Positions 1 through 8,765 of a stretch of DNA of 64,000 nt are shown piece by piece. The notes beneath the pieces are model-generated. The model was not told where the DNA came from, searched no databases, and was given only the letters and a program-made list of their open reading frames with translations. Numbering within the stretch: position 1 is the first letter of the stretch; every line of letters starts with the position of its first letter. Source of the stretch: an uncultured euryarchaeote (lineage in GTDB: Archaea > Thermoplasmatota > Poseidoniia > Poseidoniales > Poseidoniaceae); assembly GCA_963981035.1 (NCBI GenBank), contig CAXCCF010000002.1, forward strand, positions 15,578 through 79,577, read 5' to 3'. Made by a program: the position numbers and the translations under genes.

Positions 1-2
1 AG

Positions 3-734
3 AATTGTGAACAGGTTCAAGATGCTTATTCGTTTAGATGTACTCCACAAGTTCATGGTGCTGTACTACAACGATTTTTGCAATTGCAAGAAACATTAGA
101 TGTGGAACTGAATAGTGCTACTGATAACCCATTGGTGTTTCCAGACCCTGCAAACCCTGGTCCTCACGAAGTTATTTCTCAAGGAAATTTCCACGGAGAG
201 ATATTGGCATTAACAGCAGATTCAATGTCACACGCGTTATTTGAATTAGCATCTATTAGTGAAAGACGAATTGACCAGATACTAGATCCTGCTAGAAGCA
301 ACTTGCCTGCATTTTTAGCTCAAAACTCCGGACTTGAATCCGGATTAATGATCGTTCAATATGTCGCAGGTGCTTCTTTGGCCGAGTTACATGGTCATGC
401 AATGCCGCGCTCAGCGTTCTCTACAACCACTTCTGCGGGCCAAGAAGATCATGTTAGTATGGGTGCTACTGCTTGCTGGAATCTATTGATGGCAACTGAA
501 CGATTATCAGAGGTCTTAGCCTGTGAATTATTTGTTGCATGTGAAGCACTAGAGTTTGAAGAGATACAACCCGCTGAGCATGTCCGGTCATTAAAACAAA
601 GAGTCAGAGCAATTTCACCACCACTTAGTGGAGATAGAAGTACTAGTAAAGAATTGAAAACTATTGCTTCTCAGTTATGGCGAGGTGGTTGGTTAGCAAG
701 AATTGAAGCTGAATGTGGTAGGTTGCCGAGATAA
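3..734 (+). CDS. hutH: Histidine ammonia-lyase, C-terminal part (5' truncated by window)
   Basis: Frame is open from nt 3: VQDAYSFRCTPQVHGA, ELNSATDNP, SQGNFHG, SGLMIVQY and QEDHVSMG are HAL motifs. hutI lies nearby. Confidence 0.93.
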   Translation, partial: NCEQVQDAYSFRCTPQVHGAVLQRFLQLQETLDVELNSATDNPLVFPDPANPGPHEVISQGNFHGEILALTADSMSHALFELASISERRIDQILDPARSNLPAFLAQNSGLESGLMIVQYVAGASLAELHGHAMPRSAFSTTTSAGQEDHVSMGATACWNLLMATERLSEVLACELFVACEALEFEEIQPAEHVRSLKQRVRAISPPLSGDRSTSKELKTIASQLWRGGWLARIEAECGRLPR

Positions 735-1637
735 TTACAACTCTAATATCCACTTTTCAATTTCATTTAATCCCGTTAATTGTCTAATTCTAAATCGAGC
801 AGTTGCTAATTCACTAGCAGAAATATTGTCCGAATACCTGTCAAGGTAATTTTCTAATTCAACAGCCCTACGAACTTTTTCTTCAACCGAAGCATATAGT
901 TCATATGAACTCTTATCATCCAACATTGAGAGTGCTGGTTCTACCTCTGAAACATCCAAACCCATTCTTCTCCATTGCAAGATTCTCCTAGTTAGAATCG
1001 ATTTACTAAAACCATTGAATGGCAATCGAGTCAACATTACCAATTTCGGGGTCCCATCATCTCTAGTATCAAGTTCTATTTCTTCCCCAGGAACTTCTTG
1101 AAAGTTATGTATTTTTACTTCTTGCGAAAGATCTTCCTCAACATCATTGTCCTCTTGGTTTACCTTGATATTTTCATCCCTTGGCGCAAAAATTTCCAAA
1201 TTTGGGGCCTCTCTCCTAAGCCTAGCTAGCCAAACCGAGTCAAAAACCAAACAATTTATCGGGAAAATGACTTTCCACTGTGTTTGGTATACTTCATCTC
1301 TAATTTGGCGGATAAATGCCAATACTGATTCATGGCCATGTAAGGAGACTAACCACTCTAGTCCTTCAACGACAATTAGCCCCTGATTATGTTGCAATTT
1401 GGAAACTATCAAGTGTGCGATTTTTTCAAGACTTGGTTCTAATGCGCCTGCAGTAACTCGTTCAGACAGCCAATAAGCCTCAATTTTGGTGACGTCGAAG
1501 TATTCTAACAACCTCTTATGTGGTTGTCTGCTGAAGAGTAGAATGCTTTGTTGAGCAACTTCTATTTGTGAATCAATCCACGAATACAAGTCCGAATTAT
1601 CGCTCAATTCGGCAGAAAATATTCTTCCTTGCTCCAT
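735..1637 (-). CDS. DUF835-domain protein (inactive KaiC/RecA-like fold) with helical C-terminal domain
   Basis: LLFSR..P, YWLSE, LEPSLEKI, IVVEGLEWLVSLHG..SVLAFIRQIRDEV pattern typical of DUF835. Confidence 0.65.
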   Translation of the reverse strand: MEQGRIFSAELSDNSDLYSWIDSQIEVAQQSILLFSRQPHKRLLEYFDVTKIEAYWLSERVTAGALEPSLEKIAHLIVSKLQHNQGLIVVEGLEWLVSLHGHESVLAFIRQIRDEVYQTQWKVIFPINCLVFDSVWLARLRREAPNLEIFAPRDENIKVNQEDNDVEEDLSQEVKIHNFQEVPGEEIELDTRDDGTPKLVMLTRLPFNGFSKSILTRRILQWRRMGLDVSEVEPALSMLDDKSSYELYASVEEKVRRAVELENYLDRYSDNISASELATARFRIRQLTGLNEIEKWILEL

Positions 1638-1744
1638 TGCCTAGACTCCCTCTTATGCAACTATGAAAGAACTGCTCTATTTACTATGTGCCACTATAAA
1701 CTCCATCAAGCATTATATCTATTGTTTGTTTGGCACATATAGGT

Positions 1745-3484
1745 GTGCCTGTGTCTGAAACTGATAATGAGGAAACAACGATGGCTGAATGTGGTAGTTG
1801 CCGCGCAGTAATTCCAAGCGATTCTACTGAATGCCCTGAATGTAATATCAAATTTTCCGGTATGTCAGAAGACGAACTTGGTGAGTGTGGAGCATGTGGA
1901 TTTTTGGTCCCTCTTGAATCAACCAGTTGCAGTAACTGTGGTGTAATTTTTGTAGCAGATGATGTGATGGATGTTTTGAGAAAATGGCTTTCAAGCACTG
2001 GATTAACCATTCAATCACTGTTTGAAAAATTCGATACAAATGGAGACGGAATGATAGACTCTGAAGAACTTAAACAGGGCCTTCTAAATTTGAATTTAGC
2101 AGATTTACCTCCATCTCAAGTTCAACGGTTGGTTGAACAAATTGATGCTGATGGTAATGGTGAAATAGACTTAGCAGAGTTAGAGAAATCTGTTACTGGA
2201 TCCGATTATGTTGCACCAGAAAATGAGGCTGAAGCTTCTTCCGACGAGGATACAGAAGAAGAGGATGATTCAGTAGATGAAGAATCCGAAGAGGAAGAGG
2301 AAGAATCTGATGATGAAGAGTCAGAAGAGGAAGAGTCTGAAGAGGAGGAATCTGATGATGAATCCGAAGAAACCAGTGATGAGGAGCCTATCGAAATCCT
2401 TCCTGATGATATCATTAAGAAGATGATTGATGTAATGGACAGAGATGGTTCAAACCCTGCTACTATTTTCCATGCATTAGATGAAGATGGAGATAAATTC
2501 ATCTCTACTGAAGAGTTATCAAATACGATTAGTGATGTTCTTGAAGATGAAGACATCGCTGAATCAAGTATTGCTGATTTTGTTGCAACCTTGGATGTTG
2601 ATTCTGATGGTAATATTGACATCATAGAATTCGTATCAGCGCTTGAGGAAGAAATTGGAAACAATCCTGAAGAATACGATGATGATGATGACGATGACGA
2701 GGAATATGATGATGGCACAGATCCTAAAGAGTTCCCATCACCAATGCAATCTGCAATGATGTCAAAGAAATGGAATGATGTCTGGTGGCCACTAATACAT
2801 GCAACATTCTTCCTATTCATCTTAGCATGGGTCGTTAACGGGTTTATTGGGCCTGTTGACGGGTCTGGAGGTCTAATTGAATTAGAGAGCAATTATGGAA
2901 TAGGCCTTGACGGTTATGATGAAGGAGAGATATATCCTTGTGATTCGGATGAACAATTAGGTGGCTGCGCTAATTCACTAACTCCATTCTCAGGTGAAAA
3001 TGGAGCATCATCCATGCCTAAGGGATTCTATACAGATGGAATTATCTTTATTCTTCTTGGTGCAATTGGAATGGGCGGTTCAATGTTTACCCACCTTGTC
3101 CTTGCAAAAGGCTGGAGAGCACGTGTCAAGGCAATGAAGGAAGTCGAATCCGACACCGAGGATGCTAAGGAATCTTCTGAAAGTGAAGAAGATGATGTTT
3201 CCGAAGATGAGGATGAGGAAGAATCAAACGAAGAAGAGGATGCCTCCGAAGATTCCGAAGAAGAATCAGAGGATGAAGAATCAGAGGAAGATGGATCAGA
3301 AGAGGATGACGATGAAGAAGATGATGATATTGACATTGGATCACATATTGGTCTAACTGTTGAAGAAGAAGATGTCTTTGGAGTAATCGTTGAATTTGAT
3401 GATGAAGATGGACTTGTAACAATCAAGGAAGATGGTACTGGAGATGAAATCACCGGATACCAAGATGAAATGTTCCTGGAGTAA
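1745..3484 (+). CDS. Membrane protein: double zinc ribbon, four EF-hands, acidic linkers, 2 TM helices, small C-terminal beta domain
   Basis: CGSC/CPEC/CGAC/CSNC; EF loops DTNGDGMIDSEE, DADGNGEIDLAE, DEDGDKFISTEE, DVDSDGNIDIIE; two hydrophobic helices. Start is uncertain (GTG 1745 chosen from TTATAT at 1713). Confidence 0.8.
   Translation: MPVSETDNEETTMAECGSCRAVIPSDSTECPECNIKFSGMSEDELGECGACGFLVPLESTSCSNCGVIFVADDVMDVLRKWLSSTGLTIQSLFEKFDTNGDGMIDSEELKQGLLNLNLADLPPSQVQRLVEQIDADGNGEIDLAELEKSVTGSDYVAPENEAEASSDEDTEEEDDSVDEESEEEEEESDDEESEEEESEEEESDDESEETSDEEPIEILPDDIIKKMIDVMDRDGSNPATIFHALDEDGDKFISTEELSNTISDVLEDEDIAESSIADFVATLDVDSDGNIDIIEFVSALEEEIGNNPEEYDDDDDDDEEYDDGTDPKEFPSPMQSAMMSKKWNDVWWPLIHATFFLFILAWVVNGFIGPVDGSGGLIELESNYGIGLDGYDEGEIYPCDSDEQLGGCANSLTPFSGENGASSMPKGFYTDGIIFILLGAIGMGGSMFTHLVLAKGWRARVKAMKEVESDTEDAKESSESEEDDVSEDEDEEESNEEEDASEDSEEESEDEESEEDGSEEDDDEEDDDIDIGSHIGLTVEEEDVFGVIVEFDDEDGLVTIKEDGTGDEITGYQDEMFLE
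2221..2390 (+). repeat. Low-complexity GAA/GAG/GAT run encoding a poly-Glu/Asp/Ser linker (second run at about 3141-3330)
   Basis: Imperfect repeats such as gaagaggaagaggaagaatctgatgatgaa inside the CDS. Confidence 0.85.
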
Positions 3485-3488
3485 ATAC

Positions 3489-3866
3489 ATGTCCACTGAC
3501 CCCTTGAATGCATTACGCGGGATGACTTTTTGCCCAGTATGTGGGTGCATTGAGAAAGCAGGTAGTGTTAGATGTGCAGAGTGTGGCACATTCCATTCAG
3601 TAGCTCATTTAGAGGAAAGAGAGGCACCACCGCCATCGATGGAAAAACCATCCCCTATCGTTGACCCAACATCATATTCACTAGCACCAGATGTAGACCA
3701 GATACCAATAGAATCATTCGAAGAATCGGATTCTGTCGTAAAGTGGGAAGGCGGTTCTGCTGATTTTACGATGGATGAGGAGGAGGAAAAGCCGATGAGT
3801 AGAGTATCTGCTGAGGATTTGGTATTACCTGATCCAGAAGAATTAACAAGAAATCATAAATCTTGA
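3489..3866 (+). CDS. Small zinc-ribbon protein with acidic tail
   Basis: ATG 4 nt after the upstream stop; CPVC...CAEC. Confidence 0.7.
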   Translation: MSTDPLNALRGMTFCPVCGCIEKAGSVRCAECGTFHSVAHLEEREAPPPSMEKPSPIVDPTSYSLAPDVDQIPIESFEESDSVVKWEGGSADFTMDEEEEKPMSRVSAEDLVLPDPEELTRNHKS

Positions 3867-3958
3867 TTTTACAATAGTTGTATTTTAGATGATAATTAGT
3901 ATTAATTCCATTTTAATTGAAATAAAGAAGAAATCATAATTATTGCTTGATAAAATAT

Positions 3959-4034
3959 TGGTGGGCTCGGAGAGAATTGAACTCTCGATCTTCGCCATGT
4001 CAAGGCGACGTCATAACCCCTAGACCACGAGCCC
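3959..4034 (-). tRNA. tRNA-Val(GAC), CCA encoded
   Basis: Reverse complement GGGCTCGTGGTCTAGGGGTTATGACGTCGCCTTGACATGGCGAAGATCGAGAGTTCAATTCTCTCCGAGCCCACCA folds as a cloverleaf with anticodon GAC. Confidence 0.97.
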
Positions 4035-4092
4035 TAGGTAAAGTGAGCCACATAGGCTCTGTATTAAACGGATTCGGTTTGATAATTTCGAA

Positions 4093-4245
4093 TCAACTAA
4101 CGATCTTAGAAATTTTTCCCGTACAGCCAGATTGTGAACAGTGTCCACCCATTCTAGTACGTCCATTGGTCATTTTGAATAATTGACCATCTTTAATCGG
4201 TCCATATGTTTTGCACTTCAGACAAAATCCTTCCACAACTGCCAT
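4093..4245 (-). CDS. 50-aa zinc-ribbon protein, DUF5679-like (not in ORF track)
   Basis: Manual translation MAVVEGFCLKCKTYGPIKDGQLFKMTNGRTRMGGHCSQSGCTGKISKIVS; FCxKC...NGR...G.C...CG-type pattern. Confidence 0.75.
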   Translation of the reverse strand: MAVVEGFCLKCKTYGPIKDGQLFKMTNGRTRMGGHCSQSGCTGKISKIVS

Positions 4246-4468
4246 CTCAATCAATATGTTCCAATCACATCCTTGACTTGAACCCTACTATTGTCAAGAG
4301 AGTTTCAGAAATTTTGTTTTTGCAAAATTATTGGCCCTTAGAGGGTAGGCTCGGAGGGTGTTTTTTACAATTGTTTGAAATTTTTAGCTCCCTTTAGCAT
4401 CATAAACGTGACACTGCTCTCCATTATTCAATGATATTTGACAAAAAAGATTAAGCTATTCAATGTCA

Positions 4469-4496
4469 ATGTCGTATAACTTACCTTATACGACAA
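4469..4496. other. Candidate dif (Xer recombination) site
   Basis: ATGTCGTATAA-CTTACC-TTATACGACAA: 11-6-11 layout, perfect 10-bp inverted arms, inner TATAA/TTATA as in archaeal dif sites, intergenic. Confidence 0.7.
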
Positions 4497-4528
4497 TACA
4501 TCACACATAATTTGAGCCAAAATGATGT

Positions 4529-4855
4529 TCAGCCAAGATTTAGTTGTAAATCATCAGTTTCGACAGTGAAAACTCCTACCAAAGGTGGCCCGAGTAAACA
4601 AGATTCTAATCCTCCATCTCTGGAATCTAAGGTTTCAACTATTTGATTGGAAATGTCGATCCAATCTTGACGAGAAGCAAATACACTTTGAACCAGTAAG
4701 AGAGAATCTCCATTGCTTGACTTAGCATGCCAAGCCGCGAGACATCCAGACTTTTGACGCTTGAACTCTTGACGTGCATTTAGCATTCTCAATAATCTTG
4801 CATCTCTGCCTTGAGCTGGTGAACATACAACAGTTTCAATTATTGCTTCAACCAT
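4529..4855 (-). CDS. Hypothetical protein, possible ABM-like dimeric alpha/beta barrel
   Basis: About 108 aa; FKRQKSGCLAAW...LLVQSVFASRQDW pattern resembles antibiotic biosynthesis monooxygenase folds. Confidence 0.5.
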   Translation of the reverse strand: MVEAIIETVVCSPAQGRDARLLRMLNARQEFKRQKSGCLAAWHAKSSNGDSLLLVQSVFASRQDWIDISNQIVETLDSRDGGLESCLLGPPLVGVFTVETDDLQLNLG

Positions 4856-4934
4856 GATTCCCACCTTATTGTTTTTTAATATTAATCTATATTATTTGCT
4901 TTTCAAATAGTAAGTAATTAGAAATCATAATCAT

Positions 4935-6215
4935 TCAATGAAAGATTAATTCTCCCTCAAGCATTGTTGCGTGGAATGGGGAATCTCCAGGTTGTTGGCA
5001 CCAAGCCTGCCACCATGGCCCATCGATAATATTCAAATTGGCAACTGCTCCTTCCTCTATAATTCCATGCGGGGCTCCGGATGGATGTGGAGTTGTTTGA
5101 GCAGGGTTACGTGAACATGCAACTAACGCGGCTAAGGGTGATACTGCGCAGCGCTGTACTAGGATTGATGCGATGAATGGTAGACTTAATGTGCGGCAAT
5201 TTGGATTGAAATCTGTTGCTACTGACCAGGTGAATCCCTGTTCTGTAATATTGTTGAAATCAGGCCATTGCTCTCCCATTGCATACGGTGTTCCGGGCAA
5301 AAAACCACAATTTACGCCAGCATCTTGCATACGCATTCTAGCATCGCTAGAAGTATAGTGGGCGTGGTCGGCGGTGGTGACTTTCAAATCTGCAGCTAAT
5401 TCTCCACCTCCACCATCAGTAAATTCATCGATGTGGATTCGGAGGTCTAAACCTCCCTGTTTAGACTGCTTTAGAATATCCTCGCTCTCCTCAACTGTGA
5501 ACCATCCGGGTTCACAAAACACATCTGCTGAACGCGCTATTCCTTGGTCGATTACCGAGGGGAGTTGATCGCTCAAGATTTCTTCAACATAATTTTGACG
5601 AGTATTTCCTTTCGGAGTAGCGTGTGCCCCGAGCCAAGTTTGGTCAATGCTCGGCAGATGGTCCATTTTTGAAAGATCTTGTCCTGCCAATAATAATTTT
5701 AATTCAGCCTCTGTTGATAAGCCATAGCCACTTTTTATTTCCAAGTGGGTTGAGCCATTTCTAAAGGCTCCTCGAAGCCTCTTGTATCCCAACTCCACCA
5801 ATTCGCTTTGTGATGAATTTCTTGTAGCATCAACTGTGGAAACAATACCGCCGCCCATTGAAGCGATATCTGAATATGAATGGCCCTGCTGTCGCCATGA
5901 AACTTCACGAGAACGGTCGCCCGCCCAAAGCAAATGAGTATGAGCATCTACTAAACCAGGAATTATTGCCTTGCCTTGTAACGAATATATTTTATTCTCC
6001 TGAAGAGATGATTTCGATTGATGGATATTTTCTCTACCAAATTCTTCTTCTAACACTTTAGAGTCATCAATTCGTGTTATTATTCCATTTTCCACAACAA
6101 TTCCATTACCTGCAGGACTAGTTAGAGCATCAATATCTGATATCCCTCTACCTTTCAAAGAACCCTTTCCAGAGAGATGCGCCATCGGTCCAAGGTCCAA
6201 CAATATGGTTCGCAT
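4935..6215 (-). CDS. hutI: Imidazolonepropionase
   Basis: PGLVDAHTHL, GGGIVSTV, EIKSGYGL, DVFCE, HIDE, ATDFNP. Confidence 0.93.
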   Translation of the reverse strand: MRTILLDLGPMAHLSGKGSLKGRGISDIDALTSPAGNGIVVENGIITRIDDSKVLEEEFGRENIHQSKSSLQENKIYSLQGKAIIPGLVDAHTHLLWAGDRSREVSWRQQGHSYSDIASMGGGIVSTVDATRNSSQSELVELGYKRLRGAFRNGSTHLEIKSGYGLSTEAELKLLLAGQDLSKMDHLPSIDQTWLGAHATPKGNTRQNYVEEILSDQLPSVIDQGIARSADVFCEPGWFTVEESEDILKQSKQGGLDLRIHIDEFTDGGGGELAADLKVTTADHAHYTSSDARMRMQDAGVNCGFLPGTPYAMGEQWPDFNNITEQGFTWSVATDFNPNCRTLSLPFIASILVQRCAVSPLAALVACSRNPAQTTPHPSGAPHGIIEEGAVANLNIIDGPWWQAWCQQPGDSPFHATMLEGELIFH

Positions 6216-6273
6216 TGGTGGGGCTTATGCGTGAGGGTTGAAGAACCATAGCCATGAGGAGTGTCTGAGCGAG

Positions 6274-7284
6274 ATGGACAAATGGACCCTCGGAATTGAA
6301 TCTACGGCACATACTTTGTCATTTGGATTAGTTGATTCTAGTGGTAAACCCTTTCCTTCGTGTTCCGACACTGTTAGTCCTGATGAAGGTGGAATCCATC
6401 CGCGCCAGGCTGCTGACCATCACAAAGAAGTGGCTCCTCAACTGCTTGAAAAAATACTGATTCAAAATGATATTTCAATGACTGATATTGGAGCAGTATC
6501 TTATTCACAGGGTCCTGGATTGGGTCCTTGTTTGAGAGTTGGTGCAGCTATTGCAAGGGGAATCTCTAGTAAACTTGAGGTCCCGTTAATTGGAGTTAAC
6601 CACTGTGTAGCACATATCGAAATTGGCAGAGACCAATGTGGATGTGATGACCCAGTCTTATTGTATGTATCAGGAGGAAATACACAAGTCATAGCAAGGT
6701 TGGAGGGAAGATATCGCGTTTTGGGGGAAACACTCGATATTGGTATAGGCAATATGTTGGATAAATTTGCCAGAACACAAGGAATACCATTCCCTGGTGG
6801 CCCAGTAATAGAGAAACTTGCAGCAAAATGGCTTGAGAGTAATCCACATCCATCAATGGAAGGATTAGAATTACCCTATGCGGTTAGAGGTATGGATTTA
6901 GCATTCTCGGGAGTAATGACTGCTGCACAGAGACTACTAGAATCTGGAAAACCTCTTGAAGCAGTTTGTTGGTCATTGCAAGAGCATGTTTTTGCTGCTT
7001 GTGTAGAAGTAGCAGAAAGAGCAATGGCTCATACGGGTAAAACTGAACTATTACTTGGAGGCGGTGTCGCCTGCAATACAAGATTACGTACTATGTGTGA
7101 TATGATGGCCGAGGAACGAGAATCCACTTCCTTTGCACCACCGAGAATGTATTGCATTGATAACGGAACAATGATCGCAAAACTAGGATTTTTAGAACTC
7201 AAGAATGGAAGATTAACCGACTATTCGCAAAGTGCAATTGACCAATATTTACGCACTGACCAAACGCCAATAACTTGGGCGTGA
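6274..7284 (+). CDS. kae1: tRNA N6-threonylcarbamoyltransferase Kae1 (stand-alone, no Bud32 fusion)
   Basis: GIESTAH, GPGLGPCL, VNHCVAHIE, YVSGGNTQ, GETLDIGIGN, GGVACN, DNGTMIA. Confidence 0.95.
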   Translation: MDKWTLGIESTAHTLSFGLVDSSGKPFPSCSDTVSPDEGGIHPRQAADHHKEVAPQLLEKILIQNDISMTDIGAVSYSQGPGLGPCLRVGAAIARGISSKLEVPLIGVNHCVAHIEIGRDQCGCDDPVLLYVSGGNTQVIARLEGRYRVLGETLDIGIGNMLDKFARTQGIPFPGGPVIEKLAAKWLESNPHPSMEGLELPYAVRGMDLAFSGVMTAAQRLLESGKPLEAVCWSLQEHVFAACVEVAERAMAHTGKTELLLGGGVACNTRLRTMCDMMAEERESTSFAPPRMYCIDNGTMIAKLGFLELKNGRLTDYSQSAIDQYLRTDQTPITWA

Positions 7285-7333
7285 AACATATACTGAACGC
7301 TAACCGTTTTATGGGGTCGGCTACGCCACATGT

Positions 7334-8197
7334 TTGGGGGAGACGACCATCGAGCGCAAAAAGAAGAGAGGTGAGCCTTTTAATCCATTTGCCAGTGATG
7401 CTAATTCGCAGAGAAATCAGCGTCATAATAAACGCGCTCAAAGTTCTCCTCAAAGGACTCCAAGACCAACTAATCAACCAGTGAAAAATAATACTTTGAC
7501 AGATTTAGACAAAAAGCGAAAAGAAGCGCTTGAAAGAATGTCGGAATCCGAACCTAATGCTGCAGGACAAGGTGTTGCTAAACCAACAACTACTGGTATT
7601 TCTAAGCAGAATCAAAAACAGCAGACAACTGAAAAAACATCCTCACGTGCCGACCGCTTGGCAGAACTACGGAAGAAATCTGCTGCATCAAAATTGAATG
7701 CAGAACAACAAAAAGTTGGTGCTGTTGTTGAAGAAATCGCACCAGTGGTTGAGGTTGTTCAAGAAGTAAAATTGGTTGAAGCAAAGGCAGAAATTGAATC
7801 CTTTTCAGCAGTTGCAAAAGCCAGTGTAAAACCTGCAGTTTCACAATTAAATGTATTCAAAGTGGTTGAAGAAACTCAAATCAAGGCCACTAATGATCGC
7901 CGTAAAAAACGCCGACCTCATGCGAAAAAAGGTGGCGGAAGGCAAAAACAAGAGAAGCGACTCAACAGGCAAAAATATTTGGAATACAAATATGCTGCAA
8001 GAGATATTCTTGACAACCCAACCGTTCCTGAAGAGCACCGTTCAAATATTCTAGGCCAAGTGTGGGCCAAAGGTGAAAGAATGTCAGTGGATGAATCGTA
8101 TGAATTTATTGATACGAAAATTCTAGAAAATATCCTAACCGAAGAAATCGGTGACAAATTGAAGAGTTTAGTTAGGAAATATACAACCAGAAGGTGA
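7334..8197 (+). CDS. Hypothetical basic protein, disordered N-terminus and helical C-terminal domain
   Basis: 287-aa ORF between kae1 and slyD; K/R-rich. Confidence 0.7.
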   Translation: MGETTIERKKKRGEPFNPFASDANSQRNQRHNKRAQSSPQRTPRPTNQPVKNNTLTDLDKKRKEALERMSESEPNAAGQGVAKPTTTGISKQNQKQQTTEKTSSRADRLAELRKKSAASKLNAEQQKVGAVVEEIAPVVEVVQEVKLVEAKAEIESFSAVAKASVKPAVSQLNVFKVVEETQIKATNDRRKKRRPHAKKGGGRQKQEKRLNRQKYLEYKYAARDILDNPTVPEEHRSNILGQVWAKGERMSVDESYEFIDTKILENILTEEIGDKLKSLVRKYTTRR

Positions 8198-8201
8198 AAA
8201 T

Positions 8202-8705
8202 ATGAGTGAATTAACAGTAGGAAAAGATATAGTTGCAAGCGTACATTATACAGGTACAATGCCAGAAAGTGGAGAAGTATTCGATAGCAGTGAAGGAAAA
8301 GACCCGCTAACATTTCTTGTTGGACATGGTCAGATGATTCCTGGCTTCGAAGAAGAGATTCAAGGTGCTAAAATTGGTGAAAAGAGAACGTTTACTCTAA
8401 CCCCAGACAAGGCATACGGTGCAAGAGAAGATGCTGCTATGATGAAAATTCCTCGCAGTGAATTTGCTTCGTTAGAAGAAGAAGCAAAATTGGAAATTGG
8501 AATGACTTTAGTTGCACAGATGCAACATGGTCCAGCACCATTTTCCATTGTTGAATTAACAGATGATGAAGTGACTGCTGATTTCAATCACAAGTTAGCT
8601 GGCGAGTCATTGACATTTGCAGTAGAAATTATTGAACTGCGCAGTGCTGATGCAGAAGAACTCTCTCATGGACACGTTCACGGCCCTAATGGCCATCATC
8701 ATTGA
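8202..8705 (+). CDS. slyD: FKBP-type peptidyl-prolyl isomerase, SlyD-like
   Basis: VHYTG, FDSS, GHGQMIPGFE, AYG, DFNHKLAG, His-rich tail; SD AGGTGA. Confidence 0.93.
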   Translation: MSELTVGKDIVASVHYTGTMPESGEVFDSSEGKDPLTFLVGHGQMIPGFEEEIQGAKIGEKRTFTLTPDKAYGAREDAAMMKIPRSEFASLEEEAKLEIGMTLVAQMQHGPAPFSIVELTDDEVTADFNHKLAGESLTFAVEIIELRSADAEELSHGHVHGPNGHHH

Positions 8706-8765
8706 ATAATTATTTCTGCTCCCGAATTGGGGAGTGTTGAAGAATCGCCTACACTTGGGCACTGT

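Noticed and set aside
2206..3513. Ser-rich minus-strand ORFs (2206-2892, 3028-3513) and the many other antisense ORFs in the track
   Set aside because: Shadows of acidic or otherwise well-supported genes on the opposite strand; no independent motifs
3947..4397. Plus-strand ORFs 3947-4186 and 4206-4397
   Set aside because: They overlap the tRNA and the minus-strand Zn-ribbon gene antisense; no recognisable motifs
3870..4528. tRNA-Val as the integration site of a mobile element
   Set aside because: No duplicated tRNA 3' end or integrase seen in the window
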